Notes: a model not told the origin generated them from the letters alone. Shown: positions 1-15,156, numbered from the stretch's first letter. The stretch: DNA of 64,000 nt from Eledone cirrhosa (GCA_964016885.1 OZ024741.1:53258001-53322000), one strand, 5' to 3'. Numbers and translations: made by a program.

Positions 1-403
1 TACACATACATAAACACAAGAAACAAAAAACTGTTAAACATTGTGTACAACAACAATCTAATAAAAACACAAGGGCCTAACTTCACCCAGGCAGGGGATT
101 TCCCCCACCGCAAAATGATTAAGGCCCCACAGGACACCTATAAAACTTTATAAAACAATTTTAAAGAGGACGTGGGTCCCCCCTGCGTCGGGCCCATTAA
201 CCGCGTCCTCCTAAAAAAATTACCCCACCCCCTCCCCAAACACCCACACAACTCCAAACTCCCCAACCACACAACACACTGATGCCCCTACACTTCCACA
301 AACAAACACCCCACCCAACAACCCATCCCCCACCCTAATGGAAATTGTGCAGCCCGATACCCGGGACGCAGAGAGGAAAGTGCCTTTTCTCTTCACCACC
401 AAC

Positions 404-1757
404 ATGGCTATGCTAAGAGTAGGCTGTTTGAATGCGCGTGGCCTGGGCTCAACTTGGAAGCAAGCAATGTTTCTAAATGACCTCAGGTCACAACGTATAG
501 ATGTGATGGTTATTTGCGAGGCCCGGATCAGCAACGTGCGACAGCTGGCCCCCACCTTTGATGACTTTGAGATGCACGCATCTCTCTGTCAGCCCGGAGG
601 TGGGGGTGGAGTTGTCGTTCTGCTGCAAAAACATCTGGGTCTCGCAACACAGATGGTACATTTGGACCCGAAGGGTCGACTAGTGGTTCTGGACCTTGGC
701 AGTGGTAAAGTCGGAGCGTTTAGATTGGTAGCCGCCTACGGCCCTTTCGGGTCAATGCGGCTGGACTTCTTCCATCGTCTGGAGACTTTTCTAGGGACGT
801 CCCGCTCCTTGCTATTAGTGGGGGACTGGAATGGTATCCTAGATGCACGCTGGGACTACGTAGGGGCCTGTCCCGATAGAGAGGTGTGTAATAGCCTCAA
901 AGGGTTAATCGGTCGATTTGACCTGGCCGATAGATATCGACTAGATTTTCCGACTGCGCCAACCTGGACTTGGGCAAATCGTAGCGGATCATCTAGGTCG
1001 TAACTAGATAGGTTCTTAGTTAGAATTAAGGATAAGGACTTTTTAAGTTGTCCAAAAATGCGCATGGTTGGCTATTCAGACCACAAATTAGTGACCTGCA
1101 TGGTCAAGCTTGACAGAACTCATAGACAGGGACCTGGTTACTGGAAGCTCAACTTGTCCTTACCGGCAAGTAAGGCTTACAGGGACCGGATTAGCACTTT
1201 AGTTAAGGAGCGGTTGACGGGCGCCATCTTCAACAGCAGGTGGTGGGGATCTCTCAAAAGAGAGATTAGAGTAGTCTCTATAGAATTTAGTAAGGAGTTA
1301 GCCTCAAATAGAAATAGGAAGGAAAGGGAGTTGGTAGATAGTGTAGAAGAGGCAATTAGAAGCGGCGTCGTGGCCAGAGTGCTAGCGTCGAGAACGGCCC
1401 TGGGCCAGTTCTTCGACGCGAAACACGAGGGCTGCATCGTCCGAAGCAAAATACATGCTCTGGGAAACGAGGGGACCAAAGCTGTTAGCTGGGCCTGCGT
1501 GACAGAAGGCAAAAGAGGGAGCAGATCCACTATCCGGTCTTTGCGAGACCAGGATGGACGCGTGATACTTGAACCTAAGCAGATGTGCGAGCCTTTTCAA
1601 AAGCACTTTGCCGGATTGTTCGGAAGGGGCGGGGAGCCGGTTGGGGATGTGGACTTCGGTCCATACCTCGACGGCCTGCCGCGTCTCTCGGACAGGGAGG
1701 CGAAGTCCTGCGAGGAGCCGATTTCAGCCGCTGAGATAGAGGACGTGCTGAGCCAAT
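404..1757 (+). pseudogene. Tx1/L1-clade non-LTR retrotransposon ORF2, AP-endonuclease and linker region; 3'-truncated, one nonsense codon
   Basis: ORFs 338..1003 and 1058..1801 share one frame, separated by TAA at 1001-1003 (RS*LDRFLV). Motifs GCLNARGL, ICE, VGDWN, LDRFL, SDH and GPGYWKLN are typical of L1/Tx1 APE domains. The sequence breaks into a SINE at about 1758, before the RT domain. Confidence 0.9.
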
Positions 1758-1895
1758 GTTATGTCCCTTTACGATCTGAGTTCAAATCCCGCCGAGATTG
1801 ACTTTGCCTTTCATCCTTACTGGGTCGATAAAATAAAGTACCAGGAATGCACTGGGTAATTGCTGGCCTTGTGCCTAAAGTAGAAACAATTATTT
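1758..1895 (+). mobile_element. tRNA-derived SINE, family A (Meta/MESC-like central domain), 5'-truncated
   Basis: B-box-like gagttcaaatccc, then gcctttcatcctt..gtcgataaaataaagtaccag and an ATT tail. Matches more than 10 other copies in the window. Confidence 0.85.
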
Positions 1896-2161
1896 TTATC
1901 AATTTATATATATATATAAATGCATACAAACATACAGACATACATTCATGTATACACATACAGGCATTGGGAGACATACAGAACCACACATTGTCGCAAA
2001 CATACGTGTATATATACACAGAAAAATACAGATGGATGAAAAGTAAGAGTGTTTTATTTGGTGTTACACTACTAGGGAGTCTAATCGTCGGCAGTTATTT
2101 GGCTTTTAATATAAATGGCAAGATTTCCAGGAAATTAGAAAAAAACTAAAGATGTCTAAAT

Positions 2162-2163
2162 CA

Positions 2164-2219
<56 letters not shown>

Positions 2220-2490
2220 GCACACACATATATATATACACACATATATATATATATTCATGTATATATATACATATATATATATACACATATATATATA
2301 CACATATATATATATACACACAGACATATATATATAAGTATATCTATATCTATATATATATATATACATATATATATTATATATTATATATGTGTGTGTA
2401 TGTGTGTTTAATATATATATATATAATATATATATATAGATATATATATACATATGTATACACACACATATGTATATACACACATATATA

Positions 2491-2550
<60 letters not shown>

Positions 2551-2612
2551 TATATACATATATATATGTATATATACATATATATATATATACATGTGTG
2601 TGTATATACATA

Positions 2613-2646
<34 letters not shown>

Positions 2647-2665
2647 CACACAGTATATGTATATG
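2162..2665. repeat. Compound (CT)n/(TA)n/(CA)n microsatellite
   Basis: Direct inspection; it explains the YIYI-type ORFs. Confidence 0.95.
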
Positions 2666-3104
2666 AGTCTCCGCGTGGGCTTTAGTACATATGTATCTAT
2701 TTGCGAGTGAGTCTGTAGCTGTAGAAGAAACTAATAATTGTTTAAAATTAAGAAAATGCAAAAGTTTACTATGTATTTTATTTTTTTTTTACATCATTTT
2801 TTTCATTGTGTATTGAATTATATTATTTGCAATATTGTTGACCATGCTGCTGCTGCTGCTGATGATGATGATGGTGCTGTTGGTGATGCTGTTGACGATG
2901 GTGATGGTGATGATGATGATGATGATGGTGATGATAGTGGTGGTGGTGGTGGTGATGTCGCTGGGCATAATATGGAGGAGAGTTAACAGAAGAACTGAGC
3001 GATGACAGTGTTAATGTAATACTGAATTGTGGTGGTGTTTGGGACGGTGAATACAACAGCAATGATGACCTTGCATGTTTTCTACCCCTTAATGTTTATA
3101 TTGA

Positions 3105-3253
3105 TAATTGTTTCTATTTTCGGCACAAGGCCAGCAATTAAGCAGTACATTACTGGTACTTTATTTTATCGACCTCGTAAGGATGAAAGGCAAAGTTAAC
3201 CTTGGCGGGATTTGAACTCAGATCGTAAAGGGACGTAACTATGCTGGAAAGCA
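3105..3253 (-). mobile_element. SINE family A copy
   Basis: Reverse complement of 1758-1895. A further + strand fragment lies at about 3551-3621. Confidence 0.85.
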
Positions 3254-4541
3254 TATAATGATGCTGACTATGATGGAGGTGATGATGAAGCTGATGATGA
3301 AGCTGATGATGGTGATGATGATCATGATGACGAAGATGATGCGGTACCAGTCAATAGTCATGTAAGGTGGTATAATGACACTCTGAAATATATAAAAAGA
3401 GTAACTGAATCTAAGTAAATAGCGGCAACATTTCTGCAGGTAAGAAACTAATGCAGCCTTTCTGACAAATGCAACGATTGGTCTCTGCAGTTGATATTGA
3501 CCCCAAAGATTATCTGGCATCTGTTGCAATACGATATCGACATTATTACAGTCGATAAAATAAAGTACCAGTAATGTACTGGGTAATTGCTGGCCCTGTG
3601 CCAAAAGAAGAAACAATTATTACAGTGAAGATCATGGAGACCAAAATTAACAAATGCAGAAGGAAGTGGATAGGTGTCCCACCAGGTCTCACCAGGTCTC
3701 ACTGATGATGGACTCTACTGTGGCAAGCCAAACTGAAGCTACTTCTCAGGTCCATCGTCGAAAAGTATAAGATTGGAAATGCATAGCTATTGAGCAGACT
3801 TGATGACTCATAAGATGGGGTTGTGAGTCTCATCCGACCTCAGCTGAAAACGGGATGGAAATGGAGCATGCAGGAACTGTGGATACAGCCCAGGAAAGCC
3901 TTATTATCTGAGAGACCTTTTTACTCGGATTTGTGATGCTCAGATGGTTTTCGCCAGGCATTCAAGTAGATTTCTTTTACTCTATTTCACTCACGAACAG
4001 AGGCTATGGTAAATCACAAAGTGATATTGAACCCGATACCTAATGATTTTGACGCGAACTTCTTAACCATTCTGCCATGACTTGACCGCTATATGTAAAA
4101 AAAGAAAAAATTTACATGAAGTAATATGATTTTCAACCGAGAAACGAACCCGCTTTTTTTTTACCACTTGCTTTGCGGTGTCTTTGTCTTCGATGTTGTT
4201 GTCATCAAACAGACAGACATTGAAAGAGTGTTAAATGTCAACAATATATAAAAACCTATAATGACTAACTGGAACAATAGGAGAAGATATGAAGAAGAAA
4301 AAACTGATTTCTCACAAATTGCAAAATAAAGATTATAGCGAAAGATAAAAAAGGACAAACAAACTCCCATGTAAGAAGGAAAAAATGGAGGAAAAGGAAA
4401 TAGAAAGAAGAGGGGGCAGGATAAGGATGATGATAAGATGAGGAGGGGGGAGGATGAAGAGGAGGAAGAGGGGAATAATATGACGAAGAGAAGATTAAGA
4501 AGAAAAATAACAATAAGATAGATAAAGAAAAAGAGAAAATA

Positions 4542-4550
4542 TAGTAGTAA

Positions 4551-4636
<86 letters not shown>

Positions 4637-4812
4637 TTTGTTGTTGTTGTTGTAGCAGTAGGATCAACAGTATAAAGTGGTAGTAGTAGTACTACTACTA
4701 CTACTAGAAGAAGAAGAAGAAGAAGAAGAAGAAGAAGAAGAAGAAGAAGAAGAAGAAGAAGAAGAAGAAGAAGAAGAAGAAGAAGAAGAAGAAGAAGAAG
4801 AAGAAGAAGAAG

Positions 4813-4841
<29 letters not shown>
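4542..4841. repeat. (TAG)n and (GAA)n trinucleotide tracts
   Basis: TAG run at about 4542-4635; pure GAA run at about 4707-4841. Confidence 0.95.
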
Positions 4842-4843
<2 letters not shown>

Positions 4844-5378
4844 GGAGGGGGAGGAGGAGTTATAATTGAATACGTTAAAGAAAGAGATAAAGTAGTTCAA
4901 AATACTCGTCTATTAAAAACAAAATATAACAATGTAAAAAAAAACACAGGAAACATTAGGAAAAAATAATAACAGAAATAAAGGCAAAAATGAAAATAAA
5001 AATAGAAATAAAAATAAAAATAGAAAAGACAATGGTGTGAAGTAAAAGGACATTGACAGAATATTCTAGAATGTAGAAATGTTTTAAATAAATCTGACTT
5101 CATAAGTTTAATTTCCGTCATCTTATCGTTAACACTTTCTAGATTTGTTTAGTGACACAAACGTTAATAATAGACATTTTGAAAACAGAGGACAGACAAA
5201 TGACTAAATTTCCACTACCACAGATACTGTTGTCATTGTAGAAGTAATAGTAGTTGTTGTTGAAGTGATATATATATGTGCCTGAGCCCCAGAATATATC
5301 TATCTATCTATCTATCTATCTCTTTCTCTCTATCTCTCGCTCTCTATCTGTTCCCCCCTCTCTCTCTCCCTCTCTCTC

Positions 5379-5413
<35 letters not shown>

Positions 5414-5680
5414 TCGTGTATATATATCTATATATTTTCATTTTTCTTCCCTCTTCCCTTCTGTTACTATATTTTTCTCTCTCTTTCAGTTTTGTCCCCT
5501 AATAACTTCCTTCAGTTATTGACACCATGGGGTGAGACATATTGTATTTAATATGTTGAAATGTCCAAGATCCCCAGCAGACAACTGATGAAGGAAACTT
5601 TTCTCCTGTTCTTGCTTTCCTCTTTTTATAAGTACACCTTATCCAGCAACTACACAGCCCCTGTTTATTCTTATATATAT

Positions 5681-5824
5681 ATATTCTGCATATCCGCAAT
5701 TGACAATGGATTTAATGTTGAAACCGATATTGTAAATGAGTTAATGTTTTGATATCTCACTGAAAAAAATCTCTTCAACATTTTCTACTGAAAGAATATT
5801 TTTCCTTTCTACTATTTGTTTATA
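5681..5824 (+). mobile_element. Solo PLE-type end, same family as the 8262-8692 foldback
   Basis: Aligns by eye with 8551-8692 and contains a ttgacaa...gaaaccgata hammerhead-like core. Confidence 0.7.
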
Positions 5825-5836
5825 CACACACACACA

Positions 5837-5892
<56 letters not shown>

Positions 5893-5904
5893 CACATATA
5901 TATA

Positions 5905-5923
5905 TATATATATATAAAATTAA

Positions 5924-5985
<62 letters not shown>

Positions 5986-6943
5986 CCTATAGGGGCCTAC
6001 ATCTTACGACCGATTTTCATGAAAATTTACAGGCGCATAGATTAGTCATCGGGGAGTGTTTTCTATATATCAGCGTATCGTTTTTATATTCTGGGGTCAT
6101 TCTCCAGATAAATATCGATAGGTGTGTCACCTTTTTTTAGGTATCGAAAAGCAAGATTTTTGGATCTAGCTCCCACATTAATCAACCTACGTTGTTCAAA
6201 TTTTACACTACGCTAGATCTAATTATTTCACGTCTTCAATTGACTTTACATTTTGGATTTTTTGTTCAGAAACGGCGTAGGAGCCGCTTAAATATTCGAA
6301 AATATCACCTTTTCGCTCAAATTTCCGCACTTTCGGCTCTAGCTCCCACATTTTTCAACCGATTTCTTTCAAATTCGAAACTTAGGCTCCCCTCACACAT
6401 AAATCAATTTATTTGGTTCAACTTTTATACTACGATAGAACATATCATTGCACGTCTTATAGTAGCTTTACACTTTGCATTTTTTTGTTCAGGGACGGCG
6501 ACCTATCATTAGCTCCCACATTTTTCAACCGATTTCGTTCAAATTCGAAACTTCGGCTCCACCTCACACATAAATCAATTTATTTGGTTCAACGTTTATA
6601 CTACGATAGAACCTATCATTGCACATCTTATAGATTGTCGAAGGCAAAACGATGGCCACTGACTTCGTCTCAGCTTTTAGTTGTGTAGTTGAGAATTCAT
6701 CGGTTTCCAATCAAGTAGCGTGAGGAAATTTGGCATAGTGTTAGAGGTCATTACCTCCCTCCCTCAGCATGCCCCTTCGTCAGTCACCGGCGTTTCTCAG
6801 TGATAGAGGTCGTTACCACCCTCCCCTGCATGGCCTGTGTGTGGCCATAGATGAGTCATCGAGAAGCAGTAGCTAAGATCAACACCTTTCATCAAAGCAG
6901 ATATTATGTTACCTACCCAGGCAACGCTGGGTACTGCTGTTAG
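5905..6943 (+). mobile_element. Non-autonomous Helitron-like element
   Basis: 5' tatataaaa plus (TG)n plus gaccgattttcatgaaaattt. 3' hairpin acccaggcaacgctgggt is followed by TTAG|T, a CTAG variant. Internal duplication at about 6340-6460 and 6511-6632. Confidence 0.7.
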
Positions 6944-6948
6944 TATAT

Positions 6949-7437
<489 letters not shown>

Positions 7438-8047
7438 ATTGTTTTCCTGTTTTATTGATAGCGCACTGTATATCTCTCTCTGGTGTGTTACCTTTTCAAC
7501 ATATTGTATTTTAAAGAGCTCAGGACTTCTCCTTTGAGCACATTATTTACAGGGAATGGCGAGGGCCTATGGCTCCGTTAATTTATCGTGATATTTCGCT
7601 CCTTATAACAGTCTTTCCTATCTCTCTGTTTGGGTGAGCACACTTCTGCGAGTGGTTTTGGGCTGCCCTTTCTAGCAGCTCGCCCCTCAGAGGCCACTGG
7701 TTCACTGCCCTTAAACACGTGATGACTTCTCTCTCCCACGTGTAGCTGGACGGTCACTTTTAAAATTCTCTTAGTGTTGTCTGAAATGTATAGCCTTACA
7801 CACGCCGAGGAACCGGGGTTATTCCATTTCTGTCAACAAATTACTGGCGAAACAGATCTCTTTGGATTTGTACGTGCGTTATATAGTTATAGAAATATTT
7901 AGTTACGCTTTAATTTATATTTTTAATTATCGTGTCTATAGTCTGCCTTTCATAGGTTATAGATTCCATACACTGGTCGTTTTTTCCCTGTTTTATTGAT
8001 AACGCACTGTATATCTCTCTCTGGTGTGTTACCTTTTCAACATATTG

Positions 8048-8097
<50 letters not shown>

Positions 8098-8105
8098 GTG
8101 TGTGT

Positions 8106-8246
<141 letters not shown>

Positions 8247-8261
8247 AGTGTGTGAGTGTGT

Positions 8262-8692
8262 GTATAAACAAATAGTAGAAAGGAAAAAGATTCTTTTAGT
8301 AGAACATGTTGAAGAGATTTTTTTCAGTGAGATATCAAAACATTAACTCATTTACAATACCGGTTTCAGCACTAAATGCATTGTCAATTGCAGATACGCA
8401 GAATATTGTTAAGTTGCATGTTTGTACAAATCTCTGAATGATCATGTATGTGAATATTAATTTTTTTTCTTCCCCTTTTTATTTTATTTTCGTTGCCTTC
8501 ATCATTATTAATACTATTATCACTATTTGTACAAATATGCAACTTAACAATATTCTGGATATCCGCTATTGACAATGCATTTAATGCTAAAACCGGTATT
8601 GTCAATAAATTAATGTTTTGATATTTCACTGAAAAAATCTCTTCCACATTTTCTACTGAAAAATCTTTTTCCTTTCTACTATTTGTTTTTAT
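8262..8692. mobile_element. Foldback element (about 170-bp arms, about 93-bp spacer) with hammerhead motifs
   Basis: 8262-8431 is the reverse complement of 8525-8692, flanked by (TG)n and TA. Confidence 0.85.
8353..8392 (-). ncRNA. Minimal type I hammerhead ribozyme, U3-A8 variant
   Basis: Minus strand reads tgcaa TTGACAA t gcat-tta-gtgc t GAAA ccgg TA ttgta. Stems I and II pair, and stem III is palindromic. Confidence 0.65.
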
Positions 8693-8746
8693 ATATATAA
8701 ACTCTTGTGCTTCTTTTCTACATACGATATATATATATATATATAT

Positions 8747-8879
<133 letters not shown>

Positions 8880-9524
8880 TGTGTGTGTGTCTATATATAT
8901 ATATATAAATATTGTATATTTCGGAAATACACGAGACGAAGCGTTAGTATATTTGAAATTTATAGAAATGTGTCGGAAACTCGAATACAAGGAACAGCTG
9001 TTAAAACAGAGGATGCTGTTAATGACGAAAGCATGGAAGTCGGGTAGAAATATCACTAAGCTCAGAAAACTGGGGCCAGTGATTACCATGGAGAGATGGA
9101 AAGTTGCGAGGCGGGGGAAAAGTAAATGAAACGTATAAAAGACTGAGAGAGCTGTATTTGGGGGAAAGGGAAAGTCGATTAAATCGGCCCCAGTGCGTTA
9201 CTGGTACCTATGAAAGGCAAATTGTTATCGGCGAGATTTGAACTTAGAAAGTCACAACTACATGTTGCAAAGCATATTGTCCGACGAATAACACTGACAT
9301 TAACAACAGCAACAATACCCCACCCGTCACCAATATGACCACCACCACCGCCACCACCACCAACACCACCACTAACAACGACAACATCAACAATAATAAT
9401 ACTGAAAAGGGCCAAGACTTAGAGGGGACAGTATAAAGAAAACACTACACAAAACAAGAAGGGGCATTTGCATAAAGAGTAGGAGATTGCTATAAACAAT
9501 AAAAAAAATTAATAGATTAACAAC

Positions 9525-9557
<33 letters not shown>

Positions 9558-10508
9558 GTAATGATGATGATGGTTGAAACCGGCACAAGGCCTTAGATTT
9601 CTAATATTGCTATAACCCAACCCGGTAGTTCCGGGAGCGATAAATTAAAAGCCTGTCAAGTACAAGCAGTTAATTTATCGTTCCCGGAAGGATGAACCGC
9701 CATGTTAACCTATTTGAAACTTAAAGGGAAGCAAATTAGCCGGTCTCCTGATCTTGCTCCTTCACTTTAGAATTAGTCAGAGGAACTGAGAAAAAATAAA
9801 ACAACACCTTACATTGGAAATCTACAGTATATAAATTGTTTTATTGGATGTAATCATTAGACAGCGGGCATGTTGGGGAACCATCGTGAAACGATTTAGT
9901 CGATAATATCGACCATAGATCATATGCTTTTTCTAAACTGGGATTTATTTTATCTGTTTCCTTTGGTCCGGCAGTTGATTACGGGGCGTAATTAGCGAAG
10001 TGCCCCCCCCCCCCGATATTTTAGAGTTCCCTGCCCTTTGACCTCTCCTATACGATCAATACTCTTCCTGGAAATACTCCATCAAAATATGGCAAGGAAA
10101 AGTGTTGTAACTGATTTTATATAAATGTACACATTCACACACGTACAAATGTCTTGTTAGTGGGTGCAGGACAAGTAAAATATTCTAATAGTCTTTTTAA
10201 TTTAGAATGCTTCGTTATCCAGTCCCCGAAAGTGTTACGATGGTGGCTGATGGTCTTGGATCATGTTGTCCATGGTGACTGGTGACCTCCTGGATGTTTG
10301 GTGACCAAAACCTGAGATTGTATTTAGTTATAAGCGGACATGGCTTACATATCTTGTTTCCCGAGTTGACGCATAATAGAGGCGTCCTCCCATATAAATA
10401 GGGGGGTGAGCACAGTTAAACAAGGTACTCAATACATTAATAGCGCATAGGCATATTTATTTTATTATAGAAATGTCTAGAAGTCTTTCATTTGTGAAAA
10501 ATTATCAG

Positions 10509-10543
<35 letters not shown>

Positions 10544-10964
10544 AATGAATAATACACGACAAGTAAGACATCGTGTGAAACTGAGAAAGATAGAGAGGTG
10601 AGGAGAGGAGGAAAGAATAGAAGAGGAGATAGATAGATTGGAGTCGCAAGATTAAAAGAGAGTGAGGGAGAGAAAAATAAACAATTAAAATGTCGATAAA
10701 TATATATTTAATATCGTCTTTGATTTATGTTTCCCAACATTTTGCCGATATTATTACATGCGATATCATATTTTCACACCGAGCCAATATACGTGTATAT
10801 ATATGTTTATCTCTAACAAGCTATATACAATCACATACATTTACATCTTTTAAATTTACCGTTTTGACGTAATAATCTGTGTTGCTGGTGGTGTTAATAT
10901 TATTATTTCGGGCTTGTGCGTAAATGAGAAACCCTATTATTATTTTATTATTATTATTGCCAAC

Positions 10965-11195
10965 AGCGGTCGTTTAGCAGTATTGGTAGAGGGTCTGACG
11001 CCATGCTTTGTAGCATAGAGTTACGGCCCTTTCTGACCTGAGTTCAAATCCTGCTGAGGTTAACTTTATCTTTCATCCTTACGAGCTCGATAAAATAAAG
11101 TACCAGTCACGCACTGGGTTCGATTTAATCAACTTCCCCCTCCCCCAAAATTGCTGGCATTGTGCCTATATAAGAAATTATTATTATTATTATTG
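10965..11195 (+). mobile_element. SINE family A, near full length
   Basis: A-box-like tagcagtattggtag, B-box gagttcaaatcc, central domain and ATT tail. Confidence 0.85.
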
Positions 11196-11587
11196 CCATC
11201 ATCATCATTGTCATCATCATCATCATAATTATCATCATCATCATCATTATCATCATTTGCATTATTATTATCATCATCATTAATCGCACGGTTTTATTAG
11301 CAGAGTTAATAGACACATGAAAATGCCTTAGGTTTTAATTTCCTTACCGTAAATAAAATCGATTTACTTGGCAACAAATAAAATCTCTATGAGCTCTGAA
11401 CTAATCATATCTCGATATGTTTTCAAATATATTCTTACGCTGCTAGTCTTTATGGTTTTGGTCAATCGGAAATATAAATCTTTATTTGAAGTATTTCTAT
11501 CTAATAAAATACTATTTTATCTACTTTATGCATTGATCACGTTTTTCCCGTTTTTAAATACAAATATTCCCTAATCACCATATAATG

Positions 11588-11709
<122 letters not shown>

Positions 11710-11733
11710 TCATATATGTATGTATGTATGTAT

Positions 11734-12298
11734 GTTTTCTCTTTCTCTTAATTTCGAGTATATTTTTTTGACCGGCCACCTTCCTGGTGGCAAGGTTGTA
11801 AAAGAAAAGAAATTGTCATCCCTTGAATCGCAAGAATGTTTTGCATATGTTGAAGGTGCCAGCTATCGCAGCCATTTGTAGACTATGAATTAGGGAGCTG
11901 CGCTTTTTGTCCGCAAATCCAAGTTCGGTCATACTTTGGTCCAAGCGGGTTGGTATATAACCCGTAGCACCAATAATGATGGGTATGAAGCTAAAGGTGT
12001 ATCTTGGATACTGGATTTGTAAGCTCCTCATCAATGGTCCGTAGATGTCCTCCTTCTCCTGTATTTTTCTGACAACGTTTACATCAAGTGGGCAGCTGAT
12101 CTCCACAACAGAACACGTTTTCAATGTGTGGTCCCAAACTACAATATCAGGCCGGTTGTGCTTTAATTTGGTGGCAGTTTTTATTTTCAGGTTCCACCAG
12201 TATTCCTTAGTGCCATCTGTCTCAATATATTCTTCCTCGTTTGTTGTTAATTTTGTTTTCCGAAGTGCGTTCCAGATAGTTCTAGCTATCCCATCGTG
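11734..12298 (-). mobile_element. R4/Dong-clade non-LTR retrotransposon 3' end (restriction-like endonuclease plus 3' UTR)
   Basis: HD-x-IA...WWN...HNRPDIVV...EISCP...EK..Y...PIIIGATG is a PD-(D/E)xK RLE domain. (TATG)n flanks both sides. Confidence 0.9.
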
Positions 12299-13099
12299 TA
12301 TGTATGTATGTATGTATGTATGAAATGTATGTATGTATGTATGTATGTATGTATGTATGTATGTATGTATGTATGTATGTATGTATATATATGTGTTTAT
12401 ATGCAAAGGGCGGAAGAACTGATACGAGTCAACGGCCATCCGAAAGTATGTAAATATGTATATACAGATGTACCGTGCGGTTAAACCACTGGGAGTAAAG
12501 GGCCCCTAGTCTTTGTCGGGGCATTCTTCTAAGAGAAGGCAACTCAGGAAACTGGGAACACTCCGAAATATAACCTGCGGCTCAGTAGTTACCGATGATG
12601 TTGATCTTTTCTTCTTTTCGGGTTATAGCTACTGTCGCTCAGGGAGTGGGATTGGCTCAGTGCACAGTCTTTCTTCACTTTAAAAAAATATCTTCACGCA
12701 CAGGCATTGCACGATAGAATTAATTAATAATTATTAATAATGGTATATCGTGCAATAGCCATACTCGATAACGAGGGGGAAGCCATCATGTATGCATGTA
12801 TCTATGTGTGTATGTATAAATGTATACATGCATGTATGAATGTATGTATGTACATATGTATGTATATATGTATGTATATTAGAATAGTATGAAGAAGAGA
12901 TACATATACAGTCAAAAATGTTATTCAATCCAAGAAGTAGAGATTCTCTATTACTCTATTATTCTATTACGTGTTCCAGTCGACATGCTAAGACAATGCT
13001 GGGTCACCGCCATATTCAAATACAGGTGCATTTTACAGGATTGGTATTGTTTTATTCTGATTCCATGAGACAGTTTGTGTCCTACAGACGCCAATTCTA

Positions 13100-13152
<53 letters not shown>

Positions 13153-13193
13153 CATATTTGCGTGCGTGTGTGTGAATATATATAGATACATAT

Positions 13194-13382
<189 letters not shown>

Positions 13383-13756
13383 TGATGGCTGCAACTCGAT
13401 TTCGAGTTATGCTATTGTTTGTCACTTAAGCATGAGCATCACGGACGTGGCCTCTTAGTCCTTCTTGGGACTTGCCTATGATCAGCAATACCATGCATCG
13501 CAAAAGATCTCGCATATCAACCGATGCCTGAGCTTGAAGCTTTGTCAAGTGAGGAAAGGCTTTGAAAGGGACCAATCCCACTCTCTGGACATAGAATGCA
13601 TTTTCCCCAAAAGAAGAAATGGTCTACATTACAGTGTGCAAACGAGGTCACAGGTTTTATATCAGAGTGACCTTTTAGAGAGATGTCTTAATGAAGAATA
13701 TGAGTCTTGTGGATAACTCTAATTCTAAAGTCTGTCTTAAGCCAGAAGGCTCATTT

Positions 13757-14002
13757 GGCCGGTGCTTATCCCGGTTTCATGGCGTGAAGCGACTAAGAGT
13801 ACAAGATTCCTCCTGGACAGGACGCCAGTCCATCGCAGGGTTAAACCTACAGCTATTGCTGGTACTCATTTTCAGCCATGTATACTGGAGAAACGTGAAA
13901 TGAAGTGTTTTGCTCAAGAACACAACACGCAACCCAGGAATCAACCCCACGACAATATGATCGTAAGTCCAACACCATTACCACTAGGTCACGTGCCGCC
14001 CC
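13757..14002 (-). mobile_element. tRNA-derived CORE-type SINE
   Basis: Minus strand has a tRNA-like head (gacctagtggt...ggttgattcc), a CORE-like gtgttcttgagcaaaacacttcatttcac segment, then ccctgcgatggactggcgtcctgtccagg. Confidence 0.75.
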
Positions 14003-14042
14003 TGTGAATATCTATATATATACATATATGTGTGGGTCTGTG

Positions 14043-14121
<79 letters not shown>

Positions 14122-14122
14122 T

Positions 14123-14188
<66 letters not shown>

Positions 14189-14191
<3 letters not shown>

Positions 14192-14887
14192 TAGCGAGGT
14201 TTTTTATATGAAATCGTGTGTCGAAACAGATATTGTTATACTTGGGGAGGGTCATATTTGCGTAATATTGCCAGAATTAATAACAGAACACACTCACTGT
14301 TTGGTTGGTTTTCGCTTCTCGCTGTCTTTTATATCTGCGATCTAACTTACTCGGTCCTCAATGTTGCCATTGACTGACCGACGGTCAAAAATGATACAGA
14401 TACAATATAGACACAAACACATATATATAGTTTACATAATTTACATAAATCTTTCGTTGCACATCTGCAACATCGTCAGTGGTGTTATATTTTTTCCTCC
14501 TGTTGTGTTGTATGTCTACGCCATTTTTTATTTATAGACAGACTGAATAAAATATATATAGACAGACTGAATGAATATATATAGACAGACTGAATAAAAA
14601 ATGGCGTAGACATACAACACAACAGGAGGAAAAAATATAACACCACTGACGATGTTGCAGATGTGCAACGAAAGATTTATGTAAATTATGTAAACTATAT
14701 ATATGTGTTTGTGTCTATATTATATCTGTATCATTTTTGACCGTCGGTCAGTCAATGGCAACATTGAGGACCGAGTAAGTTAGATCGCAGATATAAAAGA
14801 CAGCGAGAAGCGAAAACCAACCAAACAGTGAGTGTGTTCAGTTATTAATTCTGGCAATATTACGCAAATATGACCCTCCCCAAGTAT

Positions 14888-14894
<7 letters not shown>
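14189..14894. mobile_element. Foldback PLE-type element (about 300-bp arms) in (TA)n, hammerhead core in each arm
   Basis: 14230-14533 is the near-identical reverse complement of 14593-14894. CTGACGA t gttgca-gatg-tgcaac GAAA lies at about 14646-14673. Confidence 0.88.
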
Positions 14895-14967
<73 letters not shown>

Positions 14968-14972
14968 GTATT

Positions 14973-15073
<101 letters not shown>

Positions 15074-15091
15074 CACACATATGTATTTATG

Positions 15092-15156
<65 letters not shown>

